64,000 nucleotides of DNA. Source: an uncultured Verrucomicrobiae bacterium (GTDB lineage Bacteria > Verrucomicrobiota > Verrucomicrobiia > Chthoniobacterales > UBA10450). The stretch is from the NCBI GenBank assembly GCA_963772365.1, contig CAVYXA010000003.1, positions 352,001 through 416,000 on the forward strand, in the 5' to 3' direction. Positions 21,292-31,252 of this stretch are shown piece by piece; position 1 is the stretch's first letter, and each line of letters begins with the position of its first letter. The notes beneath the pieces are model-generated. The model was given only the letters and a program-made list of their open reading frames with translations, was not told the origin of the DNA and ran no database searches. The translations under genes and the position numbers were made by a program.

Positions 21292-22446
21292 TTATCGATC
21301 CACTTCGCCCATGACGATGTCGATGCTGCCGAGGATGACCATCACATCGGCGACGGTGTGGCCGAGACACATATCTTCCAGCACCGTGAGATTGATGAAG
21401 CTGGGCGGGCGGACGCGATAGCGATACGGATTTGTTCCGCCGTCGCTGATCAAATAAAAACCGAGTTCACCTTTTGGCGCTTCGATCCGCCCGTAAGCTT
21501 CTCCAACAGGCGGCCGGAAGGCGCGGACTTTTACTTTCGGATTCATGATCGGCCCGGCCGGGATTTGTTCGAGCGCCTGTTTTAGGATTCCGATGCTTTC
21601 TCGCATTTCCAGCGCGCGCATCATCAACCGATCGTATGTATCGCCATGTTCGCCTAACGGGACGCGGAATTTGAATCGCGGATAAAATCCGTAGCCGTCC
21701 ACTTTGCGGATATCGTAGTTCACTCCGCACGCGCGCAGCATTGGGCCGGTGATGCCGGCGTTGATTGCCAGTTCCGCCGAAAGGCTCCCGACATTTTGCG
21801 TGCGCCCGATCACGATTTCGTTGCCGAGAATGAGTTCCTCGAATTCATCGAGAAACTTCGGGAAACGATCGACAATTTTTTTTGCTGCACTGAGCCAGTC
21901 TGAACTGGGATCAACCCGACAGCCGCCAAACCGCATGTAATCGCACATCATCCGCGCGCCTGACAGAGACTCGAACAGATCGAGAATCTTCTCGCGCTCG
22001 CGAAACGCATACATCAGCGGCGTCCCCCAGGCTCCCATGTCGCTGAGGAGAAACCCAAGCAACGAGGCGTGATTTTGCAGTCGAGTGAGCTCTGCCAGGA
22101 TAATTCTAAGGTACTCGGCGCGCTCCGGAACTTCGATACCGGCGAGCTGTTCCACACTGAGCGCGTAGGCCCAGTTGTTGGTCATGGAACAAAAATAATC
22201 GAGCCGATCTGTGTACGGCATGGATCCAAGATAAGTCGTTTGCTCGCCGATCTTCTCGTGGTTTCGATGCAGGTAACCGAAGACCGGTTTGAGCTTTCGA
22301 ACAATCTCGCCCTCGAGCGCCACGTTCATCCGAAACACGCCGTGCGTGGAGGGATGCTGCGGTCCCATCGACACTTCCAGCAACTCGCCTTCGATCCGCG
22401 AAGTCATTCCCGCTGGCGGTTCCAAGCTTTGAATTGTTGCGCTCAT
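21292..22446 (-). CDS. nuoD: NADH-quinone oxidoreductase subunit D
   Basis: [34 protein letters not shown]; no NiFe CxxC. Confidence 0.95.
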   Translation of the reverse strand: MSATIQSLEPPAGMTSRIEGELLEVSMGPQHPSTHGVFRMNVALEGEIVRKLKPVFGYLHRNHEKIGEQTTYLGSMPYTDRLDYFCSMTNNWAYALSVEQLAGIEVPERAEYLRIILAELTRLQNHASLLGFLLSDMGAWGTPLMYAFREREKILDLFESLSGARMMCDYMRFGGCRVDPSSDWLSAAKKIVDRFPKFLDEFEELILGNEIVIGRTQNVGSLSAELAINAGITGPMLRACGVNYDIRKVDGYGFYPRFKFRVPLGEHGDTYDRLMMRALEMRESIGILKQALEQIPAGPIMNPKVKVRAFRPPVGEAYGRIEAPKGELGFYLISDGGTNPYRYRVRPPSFINLTVLEDMCLGHTVADVMVILGSIDIVMGEVDR

Positions 22447-22463
22447 CTTAAAATTTTGAAGCA

Positions 22464-22530
22464 GCCACGGATGAACACAGATTTACACGGATAAAAGCAA
22501 AATTTCTGTATCCGTGTTTCATCCGTGTGA
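22464..22530. repeat. Palindromic CACGGAT/CACAGAT repeat element
   Basis: gccacggatgaacacagatttacacggat...atccgtgtttcatccgtg; related copies at about 24319-24345 and 55731-55813. Confidence 0.7.
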
Positions 22531-23190
22531 ATTTGTGGCGGTAATCTCTTCCGCTCCGTCCGTTTGCGGCCGCGCTGTGTAGCGCTGCTTCGCCCGCTCC
22601 AGCACCTGATCATGCGGCGTCGGCTCGTATTCGTAATCGTCCGGTTCGCGATAATCTTTGCGCATCGGGAAATCTTCGAACTCCTCCCACATCAGAATCC
22701 TGCGCAAATCGGGATGGCCATCGAATTGAATCCCGTAAAGATCGAAAATTTCTCTCTCTTGTAATTCTGCACTTCGCCAAATCGGCGTAAGCGATGGAAG
22801 TCGCGCGGCTTGCCGGCCGAGTGTCTGCATTCGAATGATCAGCGGCCCGTGTTTGTGCGCCATCGAGTAAAGATGGTAAACGGCTTCCAAATAGCCGGGA
22901 ATTTTCTCTTCCGTCGTTTGAGCGACTTCTTTCTCGATGCCATCTACAACTTGCTTCAACTTCGTGGTTGTCTTGATCGTCCGGTCAAGCCAATCGACAC
23001 CGGTTACATTCGAACAGAAATCCAGGCGCAGCGCTGGATCATCTCGGAGAAATTTCGCAATTGTTGTTGCATGCTCACGATCAATTAGAAGTGACTGTTG
23101 CTGAGACGGACTTGTGTTTTGAACGATATCGATCCTCGTGCCGGGAACGGCGGCTTCGATACGGGATTTGATGTCGTCCAGCGATTCCAT
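22519..23190 (-). CDS. nuoC: NADH-quinone oxidoreductase subunit C
   Basis: VTGVDW, EREIFDLYGIQFDGHPDLRRILM, PMRKDY. Confidence 0.93.
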   Translation of the reverse strand: MESLDDIKSRIEAAVPGTRIDIVQNTSPSQQQSLLIDREHATTIAKFLRDDPALRLDFCSNVTGVDWLDRTIKTTTKLKQVVDGIEKEVAQTTEEKIPGYLEAVYHLYSMAHKHGPLIIRMQTLGRQAARLPSLTPIWRSAELQEREIFDLYGIQFDGHPDLRRILMWEEFEDFPMRKDYREPDDYEYEPTPHDQVLERAKQRYTARPQTDGAEEITATNSHG

Positions 23191-23203
23191 CACAAAAAGC
23201 GAG

Positions 23204-23291
23204 GGTGGATCGTGTTCTCCGAACACGATGTTAAATCAGACGCCGAAGGCGCAAATATTCTTAGCATCGTCTTCAGAGAAGCCGATCCACC
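23204..23291. repeat. Inverted repeat element GGTGGATCG...CGATCCACC
   Basis: Inverted arms; right arm nearly repeated at 40931-40951 (cttcggagaagccgatccacc). Confidence 0.65.
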
Positions 23292-23293
23292 TT

Positions 23294-23941
23294 TCATCTC
23301 TCGATTTTCATCGGGTGAAATACGCCCGGGTTCGCGGGCGGCTCCAAATCGTGTTTGCCGAACGCAGGCACCGGAAATTCGCTCGGCTGTTCCGGTTTCA
23401 AGAAGTCCGCCTTGGCCGCGCCACTTAGCTTTTGATTGTCGATCTTGCGCTGCAATTCCATAAACGCGTGCAACAATGCCTCTGGCCGGGGTGGACAACC
23501 GGGAATGTAAACATCGACAGGAATGTAGCGATCAATTCCTTTCAGAACGTTGTAGCCTTGTTTGAATGGTCCGCCCGAGATCGCGCAAGCCCCCATCGAG
23601 ATCACATATTTCGGATCCGGCATCTGGTTGTAGAGCCGCACAATTTGCGGCGCCATCTTCTTCGTGACAGTGCCGGCTACAATCATCAAGTCGGCTTGTC
23701 GCGGTGAAGGCCGAAAAACTTCACCGCCGAAACGGGCAATATCATAACGCGACGCCGCCGTGGCGATCATCTCGATCGCGCAACAAGCCAGTCCGAACTG
23801 CAGCGGCCAGATCGAATTCTTGCGGCCCCAGTTGTAAAGCTCCTGCATCGACGTCACCCAGACGCCTTGCCGTTGCAGTTCGCTGCGCAGCTTTTCGTCG
23901 ATTCCCATATGCCTGTCCGGCTCGGACTTCATTTCGCCCAT
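23294..23941 (-). CDS. nuoB: NADH-quinone oxidoreductase subunit B (start uncertain)
   Basis: [32 protein letters not shown]. Confidence 0.95.
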   Translation of the reverse strand: MGEMKSEPDRHMGIDEKLRSELQRQGVWVTSMQELYNWGRKNSIWPLQFGLACCAIEMIATAASRYDIARFGGEVFRPSPRQADLMIVAGTVTKKMAPQIVRLYNQMPDPKYVISMGACAISGGPFKQGYNVLKGIDRYIPVDVYIPGCPPRPEALLHAFMELQRKIDNQKLSGAAKADFLKPEQPSEFPVPAFGKHDLEPPANPGVFHPMKIER

Positions 23942-24303
23942 TGTAAACATCCCTTGCCCCAAGCCCAAACCAACCCTTCAATCAGCAACAATAGAAAAAT
24001 AAGAATCGCAACAAACGCCCCGATTGGCAAACCAGTGAATGCCACTGCAAAAGGCACGAGAAAAATTGCCTCGACGTCGAAAATCAAAAAGATGATCGCG
24101 TAAAGATAATATTGCGATCGAAACTGGATCTGCGCGTCGCCGATCGATTCGACTCCGCATTCATAGATCGCATTCTTCTGAGCTCCCGGTTTCGGCGGCT
24201 GAAAGAATCTTCGCCACAGCCAGGCGAGCAACAGCGGCATCACCGGAAAAGCCAAGGCCACGCCGATAAAGATCACGATGAAGAGGTACGGATTCGGTGT
24301 CAC
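23929..24303 (-). CDS. nuoA: NADH-quinone oxidoreductase subunit A
   Basis: [20 protein letters not shown]. Confidence 0.93.
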   Translation of the reverse strand: MTPNPYLFIVIFIGVALAFPVMPLLLAWLWRRFFQPPKPGAQKNAIYECGVESIGDAQIQFRSQYYLYAIIFLIFDVEAIFLVPFAVAFTGLPIGAFVAILIFLLLLIEGLVWAWGKGCLQWAK

Positions 24304-24450
24304 GAGATGAGATAATGAGCCACAGATGGATAAAGATTTACACAAATTTTTCTGAATGAGGAATCCATGACAAACCGGTAGCAATTCGGAGTCGTCTCCA
24401 CGGCTTGAAATTCATTCGGAAAGATCCGTTGGCGGGCCTATACTTTACCT

Positions 24451-24627
24451 GTGGAAAAGACGGCAAAGAAATTCCGCAACTTTGAAGAAGCTGAAAAAGC
24501 CGATCGCGATTTTTATAAGAAGCTCACCGGGAATGAGCGGCTGCAGATTTTGGTCGAACTCCTGAACCATGACCCTGAGCAAAGACTGGAGAGAGTTTCT
24601 CGAATTATTAAATTCCCGCGGCGTTGA
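24451..24627 (+). CDS. Small protein (58 aa), putative partner of adjacent nucleotidyltransferase
   Basis: Manual translation MEKTAKKFRNFEEAEKADRDFYKKLTGNERLQIL...; TATACT at -12 to -7; overlaps next gene. Confidence 0.6.
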   Translation: MEKTAKKFRNFEEAEKADRDFYKKLTGNERLQILVELLNHDPEQRLERVSRIIKFPRR

Positions 24628-25009
24628 ATACGTGATCGTCGGCGCACAGAGTCTCGCGTTTCACGGACGGCCACGATACACAGGCGATCTCGACATTCTC
24701 ATTCGCGCGACGCCAGCGAATGCGCGGACTCTCGTCCGCCTTTTGAATGATTTCGGGTTTGGCCAATCTGCTTTTAAGGAAGCCGATTTTCTTGAGCCCG
24801 AACAAGTGATTCAGCTTGGGCGAACGCCGGGGCGCATAGACCTGCTCACAAGTATCAACGGTGTGAGCGACGATGAGGCTTTTTTAACCAAGATCGCAGC
24901 CGAACTTGATGGCGTGCCGGTTTTCATCCTGAGCAAAGAATCACTAATCAAGAATAAGCGCGCTGTAGCTCGTCCCCAGGACTTGGCAGATCTCGAAACA
25001 TTGGGCTGA
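24569..25009 (+). CDS. Nucleotidyltransferase-family protein (possible toxin-antitoxin module)
   Basis: VGAQSL..HG.PRYTGDLDI; NKRA..RPQDLADL. Confidence 0.75.
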   Translation: MTLSKDWREFLELLNSRGVEYVIVGAQSLAFHGRPRYTGDLDILIRATPANARTLVRLLNDFGFGQSAFKEADFLEPEQVIQLGRTPGRIDLLTSINGVSDDEAFLTKIAAELDGVPVFILSKESLIKNKRAVARPQDLADLETLG

Positions 25010-25054
25010 CTTTTTCTTGATTCCCGATTCGCTCACCGCTTTTCTTCTTGGTCA

Positions 25055-26245
25055 ATGAAAGGCGGCGCTGTCGATCAAATCTTTGCCTCGGCAAAAGCGT
25101 GGCTGCTTTCTTTTCTGGCCGGCGTGCCGGATTGGGTTATTGAGATCGTTTCCAGCCTCATCAATATCGTCGCGTTACTCGCGGTTTTCCTGACTCTCTT
25201 CGCGCTGATGTCGGTTTTGGAGCGAAAGATTCTTGGCCGGATGCAGAATCGCTACGGCCCAAACCGGGTCGGGCCATTTGGTCTCCTTCAACCGGTTGCC
25301 GATGGAATCAAAATGTTAACCAAAGAAGACGTAGTCCCTGCGCGAGCGGATAAGCTTGTTCATTTCCTTGCGCCGATTCTAATCGCTGCCGCGGCGATTC
25401 TCGCTTTAGGCGTGATTCCCTATGGCCGCAACATGACGCCGTTCTCGATCGACGGCGGGATTCTATTCTTTTTCGCCGTAGGATCGACAAACGAACTCGC
25501 CGTTTTCATGGCGGGTTGGGGGAGTAACAACAAATTTTCCATGTTGGGGGCGATGCGGGCGATCGCGCAGATGATCAGCTACGAATTGCCGCTCATCATT
25601 ACGGTCCTGCCTGTGGTGATGATTGTCGGCTCGCTCACGCCTGACGCGATTGTCGATGCTCAAGGCGGCTACACCTTTGGAGTTGTGCCGCGCTGGTTTG
25701 TTCTCACACCGTGGGGGGGAGTGGGCTTCATCCTGTTTTTCGTGTCGGGTTTAGTGGAGTCTAATCGCACACCGTTCGACGTGCCCGAGGGCGAATCGGA
25801 AATCGTGGCCGGACACATGACCGAATATTCCGGATTCAAATACGCCACGTTTTTCATGGCCGAATATCTGGGAATGTTTGCCGTTAGCGGTCTGGGGGCA
25901 ACGCTGTTTCTCGGGGGCTGGCACGCGCCGCTGCGGGTACTCGAATTTATCCCGTCTTACGTCTGGTTTTTCGCAAAGTTGTCTGTGTTGCTTTTCGTTT
26001 ACGTTTGGGCTCGGGCAACCTTGCCGCGCATTCGCGTCGATCAGATGATGAATTTCGCTTGGAAATTCATGTTGCCGATGTCGTTCACTTGCATCATCGC
26101 AGCGGCCGTTTGGCACTACACCGGGCGCCAATTACGAGGATGGCTTTGGTCGCTGGTTGTGATCGCAACGGTTTACGTTGCATTGTCGATCCTGCTCGAC
26201 ACAAAAAGAAAATTTGCGCCCCGCGTGTATCGATTTGCCGAATGA
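25055..26245 (+). CDS. nuoH: NADH-quinone oxidoreductase subunit H
   Basis: ERK...QNRYGPNRVG, ADGIKMLTKE, AQMISYE, NRTPFDVPEGESE, EYSG. Confidence 0.95.
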   Translation: MKGGAVDQIFASAKAWLLSFLAGVPDWVIEIVSSLINIVALLAVFLTLFALMSVLERKILGRMQNRYGPNRVGPFGLLQPVADGIKMLTKEDVVPARADKLVHFLAPILIAAAAILALGVIPYGRNMTPFSIDGGILFFFAVGSTNELAVFMAGWGSNNKFSMLGAMRAIAQMISYELPLIITVLPVVMIVGSLTPDAIVDAQGGYTFGVVPRWFVLTPWGGVGFILFFVSGLVESNRTPFDVPEGESEIVAGHMTEYSGFKYATFFMAEYLGMFAVSGLGATLFLGGWHAPLRVLEFIPSYVWFFAKLSVLLFVYVWARATLPRIRVDQMMNFAWKFMLPMSFTCIIAAAVWHYTGRQLRGWLWSLVVIATVYVALSILLDTKRKFAPRVYRFAE

Positions 26246-26267
26246 ACAATTTCACATCTGCCTGTTC

Positions 26268-26334
26268 AGTTGTAGGGCAAGCGCATCGCTTGGCAAATCA
26301 TGCACCCGGCAGGCGGTGCGCCTGCCCTACAACT
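26268..26334. repeat. GTAG-type REP doublet
   Basis: AGTTGTAGGGCAAGCGCATCGCTTG...GGCAGGCGGTGCGCCTGCCCTACAACT; near-identical arms at 57107-57159. Confidence 0.8.
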
Positions 26335-26342
26335 TTCCGCCA

Positions 26343-26825
26343 TTGAATACAGCAGCGTTCATCATTATCGCGGTTCTTACGCTCGCGGCCGGACTGGCGG
26401 CGGCGACGTTGCCCAAGCTCATGCACGCGGCGCTCAGCTTCGCAGTTTTGTTTGTGGGCGTGGCGGCGTTTTTCTTTCTGCTCGGAGCGGAGTTCGTCGG
26501 CCTGGTTCAAATTTTCGTCTACATCGGCGCGGTTGCGGTTCTCATCGTGTTCACGATTTTGCTTACCCGTAGAGACGTGGAAAAGGATCGAGGCTTCAAT
26601 TGGTCCGGCGTTATCGTGGCTATCGCGGTGTTCGCTGGATTGATTTTGACGATTCTGAAGACATCAGCGCTTGGTGTCGGCGCGCCACCGATTGAATCGC
26701 TCACCGTTAAACGAATCGGCGAGGTCCTCATGTCCGATTATGTGTGGCCGCTGCAATGCGTGGGTCTTCTGCTCACGGCAGCGCTCATTGGGGCGCTGGT
26801 TCTTGTGATGAATGAAAAGGAATGA
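26343..26825 (+). CDS. nuoJ: NADH-quinone oxidoreductase subunit J
   Basis: LGAEFVGLVQIFVYIGAVAVL; TTG start. Confidence 0.9.
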   Translation: MNTAAFIIIAVLTLAAGLAAATLPKLMHAALSFAVLFVGVAAFFFLLGAEFVGLVQIFVYIGAVAVLIVFTILLTRRDVEKDRGFNWSGVIVAIAVFAGLILTILKTSALGVGAPPIESLTVKRIGEVLMSDYVWPLQCVGLLLTAALIGALVLVMNEKE

Positions 26826-26911
26826 AAAGTTAAATGATTGAAAAGTTAAAAAGTTAAATTGACCCAGCCACAGACTCCCTTTGTAACCATTTAACCTTTT
26901 AACTTTTTAAC
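26826..26911. repeat. Inverted array of 8-nt units (AAAGTTAA / TTAACTTT)
   Basis: Three AAAGTTAA-like units on the left, three TTAAC(C/T)TT-like units on the right, in the nuoJ-nuoK spacer. Confidence 0.6.
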
Positions 26912-26920
26912 TCGATTGAG

Positions 26921-27235
26921 ATGACCCCAACACTCCAAATCATTCTCATCGTTTCCGCGGCATTATTTTGCCTGGGTCTGCTTGCCGCCCTGAGCCGGCG
27001 CCACGCCATTTTCATTTTGATCGGGATCGAGATGATGCTGGCCGCGGCCAACATCAATTTTATCGCCTTCTGGCGTTTCAGCGACCAAACCCAGCAGCCG
27101 ATCGGCGTGATGATCGCAATCTTTTCCATCGCCATAGCTCCGGCCGAATGGACTGTCGGTCTGGCGATGGTGATTGCTGTTTACCGTCATTATCGCACGA
27201 CGAATGTCGATCAACTCAATCAGCTCAAAGGATGA
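26921..27235 (+). CDS. nuoK: NADH-quinone oxidoreductase subunit K
   Basis: IGIEMML.AANINF, AE..VGLA. Confidence 0.92.
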   Translation: MTPTLQIILIVSAALFCLGLLAALSRRHAIFILIGIEMMLAAANINFIAFWRFSDQTQQPIGVMIAIFSIAIAPAEWTVGLAMVIAVYRHYRTTNVDQLNQLKG

Positions 27236-29220
27236 ACGGCTGGATCGTTGAGTATCTCTGGTTGATTCCCGCGATTCCGTTGGCCGGTTCGCTGGTGATT
27301 TTGAGTTTGGCGAAATCACGGCGCAAGGCCGCGGTTTTTGTTGCAGTGGTGGGGCAAATCGCTGCGCTTACTCTGTCGATCTTCGCTTTCGCCTGGACGC
27401 TCCAAGTCCCCGGTCTGCATGCGCCTCGCAATTTTGATTGGTTTACTTTTGGCGGCCAAGTGCTGCGCATCGGTTTTGTTCTCGATCCACTCGCTGCCGC
27501 CATGCTCGTGATGATCACCCTGGTTGGACTGTGCATTTTCATTTTCAGCATCGGCTACATGGCCGAAGACAAGAATTTCACTCGATTCTTTGCCTATCTG
27601 TCATTTTTCTCGGCGGCAATGCTTGGCGTTGTCATCGCCAACAGTTTGCTTCTGCTGTTCATTTGCTGGGAATTAGTCGGACTCGCTTCGTATCTGCTCA
27701 TTGGATTTTGGATCGAACGGCCCAGCGCGCCCGCGGCCGCGAAGAAAGCATTTATCACCACGCGGATTGGCGACATGGGATTTTTCCTTGGAATGCTTTG
27801 GCTATATGGCCGAACCGAAACGCTGCTTTTTTATGACAACGGCCACGGTTGTCTGGAAAGCGGTGGGCTCGCTACGATCGGTGCAAGCGCGACTTTTATC
27901 GCATTGCTGATTTTCTGTGGCGCTATCGGGAAATCGGGACAATTCCCGCTACACGTCTGGTTACCAGACGCGATGGAAGGACCGACACCGGTAAGCGCAT
28001 TGATTCACGCCGCAACGATGGTCGCCGCAGGTGTATTTCTCGTCGCGCGGACTTATCCAATTTTCTCTTTGGGCGCGATCAACGGAGTTACGCCTTCATT
28101 GACGGTCGTGGTTTGGATCGGTGTCGTCACGGGATTGATGGCGGCGCTCATTGCCATTGCTCAACCAGACATCAAACGAATTCTGGCTTATTCGACTGTT
28201 TCGCAGCTTGGCTTAATGATGGTCTCGCTAGGCGTAGGTGGAGTTGCGGCTGGGATCATGCATCTCCTGGCCCACGGATTCTTCAAAGCGCTTTTGTTTC
28301 TGGGATCAGGCTCGATGATCCATGGCTGCCATCACGAACAGGACATTCGCAAAATGGGAGGTCTGCGCCGTGCGATGCCAGTCACATTTATCACTTACGC
28401 GATCGGAATGATGGCGCTTAGCGGTGTGCCATTCTTTTTTTCCGGTGCATGGACGAAAGAACAAATCGTCCACGAAACGGCAGAGTGGCCGCCGTCGCAC
28501 ATTCCATATTATTTGACGCTGGCGGGTGTGGTTTTGACTGCGCTCTACATGACGCGGCAGATCATCTATGTCTTTTTCGGCAACGCGCGGGAGGCAGCGC
28601 GAAGCGCGCATGAAAGCCCGAGGGTGATGACATGGCCGTTGGTCGTGCTTGCCCTCTGCACAATTGGATTCAGCGTGGTGCTGACCCCGGCCTGGCCGTG
28701 GCTCTATTACTACCTGTTAGGGGAGCCGAATGTCAGGCCGACCTCATTGATTCAACCGATGCTGATCATTTCGCTGGCACTCGTGGTAATCGGTATTGGC
28801 GTCGCACTTCTCATCTATCGCAATGTCGGCATGCAGGATCGGACGATCGATGTCGATCCGCTGGAGAATCTGCAGCCCGCATTGTTTCGCTTTCTCGAGC
28901 GAAAAATGTGGATCGACGAATTCTATGAGAACACCGTGCTCCGCTGGAGCAAACTGCTTTCGCGTTTCTCCGATTTGATGGATCGCTATTTCTGGGATGG
29001 CTTGGTTCGGGCAATTGGCGGTCTGGGCCAGCTTTTCGGGAGATTTACCATGGGGATCGATGAGCGCGCGATTAATGCCGGTGTCGATGAAACAACAACA
29101 GGCGCGCGTGATTTCGGTCGCATAATTTCCGCAGCGCATTCCGGTCAAATCCAACTTTATCTCGGCATCGTCGCTATCGGTATGATCGCGCTCTTGCTTC
29201 TTTACGCATGGTTGGGCTAA
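27232..29220 (+). CDS. nuoL: NADH-quinone oxidoreductase subunit L (extended C-terminal helix)
   Basis: WELVGLASYLLIGFW, GKSGQFPLHVWLPDAMEGPTPVSALIHAATMV, HGFFKALLFL. Confidence 0.95.
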   Translation: MNGWIVEYLWLIPAIPLAGSLVILSLAKSRRKAAVFVAVVGQIAALTLSIFAFAWTLQVPGLHAPRNFDWFTFGGQVLRIGFVLDPLAAAMLVMITLVGLCIFIFSIGYMAEDKNFTRFFAYLSFFSAAMLGVVIANSLLLLFICWELVGLASYLLIGFWIERPSAPAAAKKAFITTRIGDMGFFLGMLWLYGRTETLLFYDNGHGCLESGGLATIGASATFIALLIFCGAIGKSGQFPLHVWLPDAMEGPTPVSALIHAATMVAAGVFLVARTYPIFSLGAINGVTPSLTVVVWIGVVTGLMAALIAIAQPDIKRILAYSTVSQLGLMMVSLGVGGVAAGIMHLLAHGFFKALLFLGSGSMIHGCHHEQDIRKMGGLRRAMPVTFITYAIGMMALSGVPFFFSGAWTKEQIVHETAEWPPSHIPYYLTLAGVVLTALYMTRQIIYVFFGNAREAARSAHESPRVMTWPLVVLALCTIGFSVVLTPAWPWLYYYLLGEPNVRPTSLIQPMLIISLALVVIGIGVALLIYRNVGMQDRTIDVDPLENLQPALFRFLERKMWIDEFYENTVLRWSKLLSRFSDLMDRYFWDGLVRAIGGLGQLFGRFTMGIDERAINAGVDETTTGARDFGRIISAAHSGQIQLYLGIVAIGMIALLLLYAWLG

Positions 29221-30689
29221 TCACGATTCTCATCATTATTCCGGTAGCGGGTGCGATTGCGCTTTACGTCGCTCCGGGGCGAATGATCCATCCGAGAAGG
29301 ATCACTCTTTTCTTCAATGCGCTTGCGGTTGTTTGCGCGATCATGCTCTGGCAAAGCTTCGACAATTCTGCAGCCGGTCTTCAACTCGTCGAACGGCACA
29401 ATTGGATTCCCGCAATTGGCGCAGAATACCTCCTGGGAGTGGATGGATTGAGTCTGCTTCTCGTCTTGTTGACGACACTCCTGATCCCATTCGCAATTCT
29501 CGCTCAACGCCTCCAGCGCGGTGCATGCGCGCTGCTTTTGATAATGCAAGCGGCTCTCTACGGCACGTTCACCGCCGAAAATTTCGTTCTCTGGTTTTTG
29601 TTTTACGAGATGAGCCTGATCCCGGCATTTCTGTTGATCAAAATCTGGGGCGGCGAAAAACGAGATCGGGCTGCGATCAAATTTTTTCTCTACACTTTCC
29701 TTGGCAGTGTAGCGATGCTGCTGGCCTTCCTGGGAATTTATTTTTCCAAGGGCACTTTCGATTTTGGGCGACTTACCGATCTGGCGAAAACTGGTCCTTT
29801 GTTGAACGGCGAGTTCGTCTGGCTGGCATTCGCGGGAGTCTTTTTAGGTCTAGCGGTAAAAGTGCCGCTGTTTCCTTTTCATACCTGGCTGCCCGATGCT
29901 TACGAAACGGCGCCGACCGGAGTGTCGATGGTGCTGACTGGCGTGCTCTCAAAAATGGGTGTTTACGGCTTCATCCGTCTGCTGCTACCGCTTTTTCCTA
30001 ACGAGATAAAAACCATCGGTCCCTGGCTGCTGGTGCTGGCCGTTTGTTCGATCGTGTTCGCGCCATTGGCGGCGTGGGCCCAGCGCGATTTGAAACGAAT
30101 GATCGCCTACCTGTCGATTAATCATCTCGGGTATTGCATGCTCGGTTTGTTCGTTATCAGCGCGACCTCGGCTTCATCTGCAATCGATACGCAAGCGGCG
30201 TTGAGCGGCGTTTTCATTCAGATGTTCAATCACGGAATCACTGCTGCCACTTTGTTCTATTTCGCCGGTTTACTTGAGCAACGCTGCGGTTTCCGCAACA
30301 TCGACAGTTTCGGCGGGCTCATGCAGCGTACTCCGCTGCTTTGCGGCTGGATGAGCGCGGCCATGTTTTCATCGCTCGGCTTGCCCGGCCTCAATGGATT
30401 CATTGGTGAATTCCTGATCTTCAAGGGTTCATTCGCGCTTGCTGCCATCTTCACGTCCATCGCCGTGCTCGGTCTATTGTTTACCGCGGTGACCTTCATG
30501 CGCGCGATGCAATCTCTCTTCAGCGGACCGCTGGCGACGAGCTGCCAATCGATTGTCGATCTTACGCGCGGCGAAAAATTCGTCATTGTCCCGATCACGC
30601 TGCTCATGTTCGCCATCGGCATCGCGCCGCAATTCATGTTCAGTCTGTTCAACACGACCGTAGCCCAAATGACGCGTTTGCTCGGTTAA
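29208..30689 (+). CDS. nuoM: NADH-quinone oxidoreductase subunit M, copy 1
   Basis: GVDGLS, KVPLFPFHTWLPDAY, KMGVYG, LGLPGLNGFIGE. Confidence 0.92.
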   Translation: MVGLITILIIIPVAGAIALYVAPGRMIHPRRITLFFNALAVVCAIMLWQSFDNSAAGLQLVERHNWIPAIGAEYLLGVDGLSLLLVLLTTLLIPFAILAQRLQRGACALLLIMQAALYGTFTAENFVLWFLFYEMSLIPAFLLIKIWGGEKRDRAAIKFFLYTFLGSVAMLLAFLGIYFSKGTFDFGRLTDLAKTGPLLNGEFVWLAFAGVFLGLAVKVPLFPFHTWLPDAYETAPTGVSMVLTGVLSKMGVYGFIRLLLPLFPNEIKTIGPWLLVLAVCSIVFAPLAAWAQRDLKRMIAYLSINHLGYCMLGLFVISATSASSAIDTQAALSGVFIQMFNHGITAATLFYFAGLLEQRCGFRNIDSFGGLMQRTPLLCGWMSAAMFSSLGLPGLNGFIGEFLIFKGSFALAAIFTSIAVLGLLFTAVTFMRAMQSLFSGPLATSCQSIVDLTRGEKFVIVPITLLMFAIGIAPQFMFSLFNTTVAQMTRLLG

Positions 30690-30700
30690 GAATCGTTCAG

Positions 30701-31252
30701 ATGAGCAAAGAAATTATTCCAGTTGAACAAATTGCTCCGCGAATCTTCAACGTCCGTGACGAGAGAGTGATGCTGAGCGCGGACTTAGCAAAGTTGTACG
30801 GCGTGAAGGTCAGCGCTTTGATGCAGGCGGTTAAAAGGAACTTGGGTCGATTTCCAGAAGATTTCATGTTTCAACTTACACCTCAGGAACTTGCAACCTT
30901 GAAATCACAAATTGTGATTTCAAGTTGGGGCGGGGCCCGGACCAGGCCATATGCTTTTACTGAACAAGGCATCGCCATGCTTTCCAGCGTGCTTAGAAGC
31001 CAGCGCGCAGTGAAAGTAAACATCGCCATCATGCGTGCCTTTGTGAAGTTGCGGCGGATGTTGGGCACAAATCGCGAACTCGCCAGGAAATTTTCCGAGC
31101 TGGAACGGCGTGTAGGAAGGCACGACGAAGAAATCGGTGCAATTCTCGAAGCAATCCGCCAACTCATGACGCCGCCGGAGAAAACGACTCGCGAGATCGG
31201 ATTTCACGTGCGCGAAAGCAGCGGACGGTACCGAACACGCAATCATCAATGA
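30701..31252 (+). CDS. ORF6N (KilA-N-like) domain protein inside the nuo operon
   Basis: VMLSADLAKLYG, AVKRN..RFPEDFMFQL, PYAFTEQGIAMLSSVL, IMRAFV. Confidence 0.9.
   Translation: MSKEIIPVEQIAPRIFNVRDERVMLSADLAKLYGVKVSALMQAVKRNLGRFPEDFMFQLTPQELATLKSQIVISSWGGARTRPYAFTEQGIAMLSSVLRSQRAVKVNIAIMRAFVKLRRMLGTNRELARKFSELERRVGRHDEEIGAILEAIRQLMTPPEKTTREIGFHVRESSGRYRTRNHQ

Noticed and set aside
21292..23941. Group 4 [NiFe]-hydrogenase
   Set aside because: The large subunit lacks both CxxC motifs and has NuoD quinone-site motifs; the small subunit has the NuoB tandem CC.
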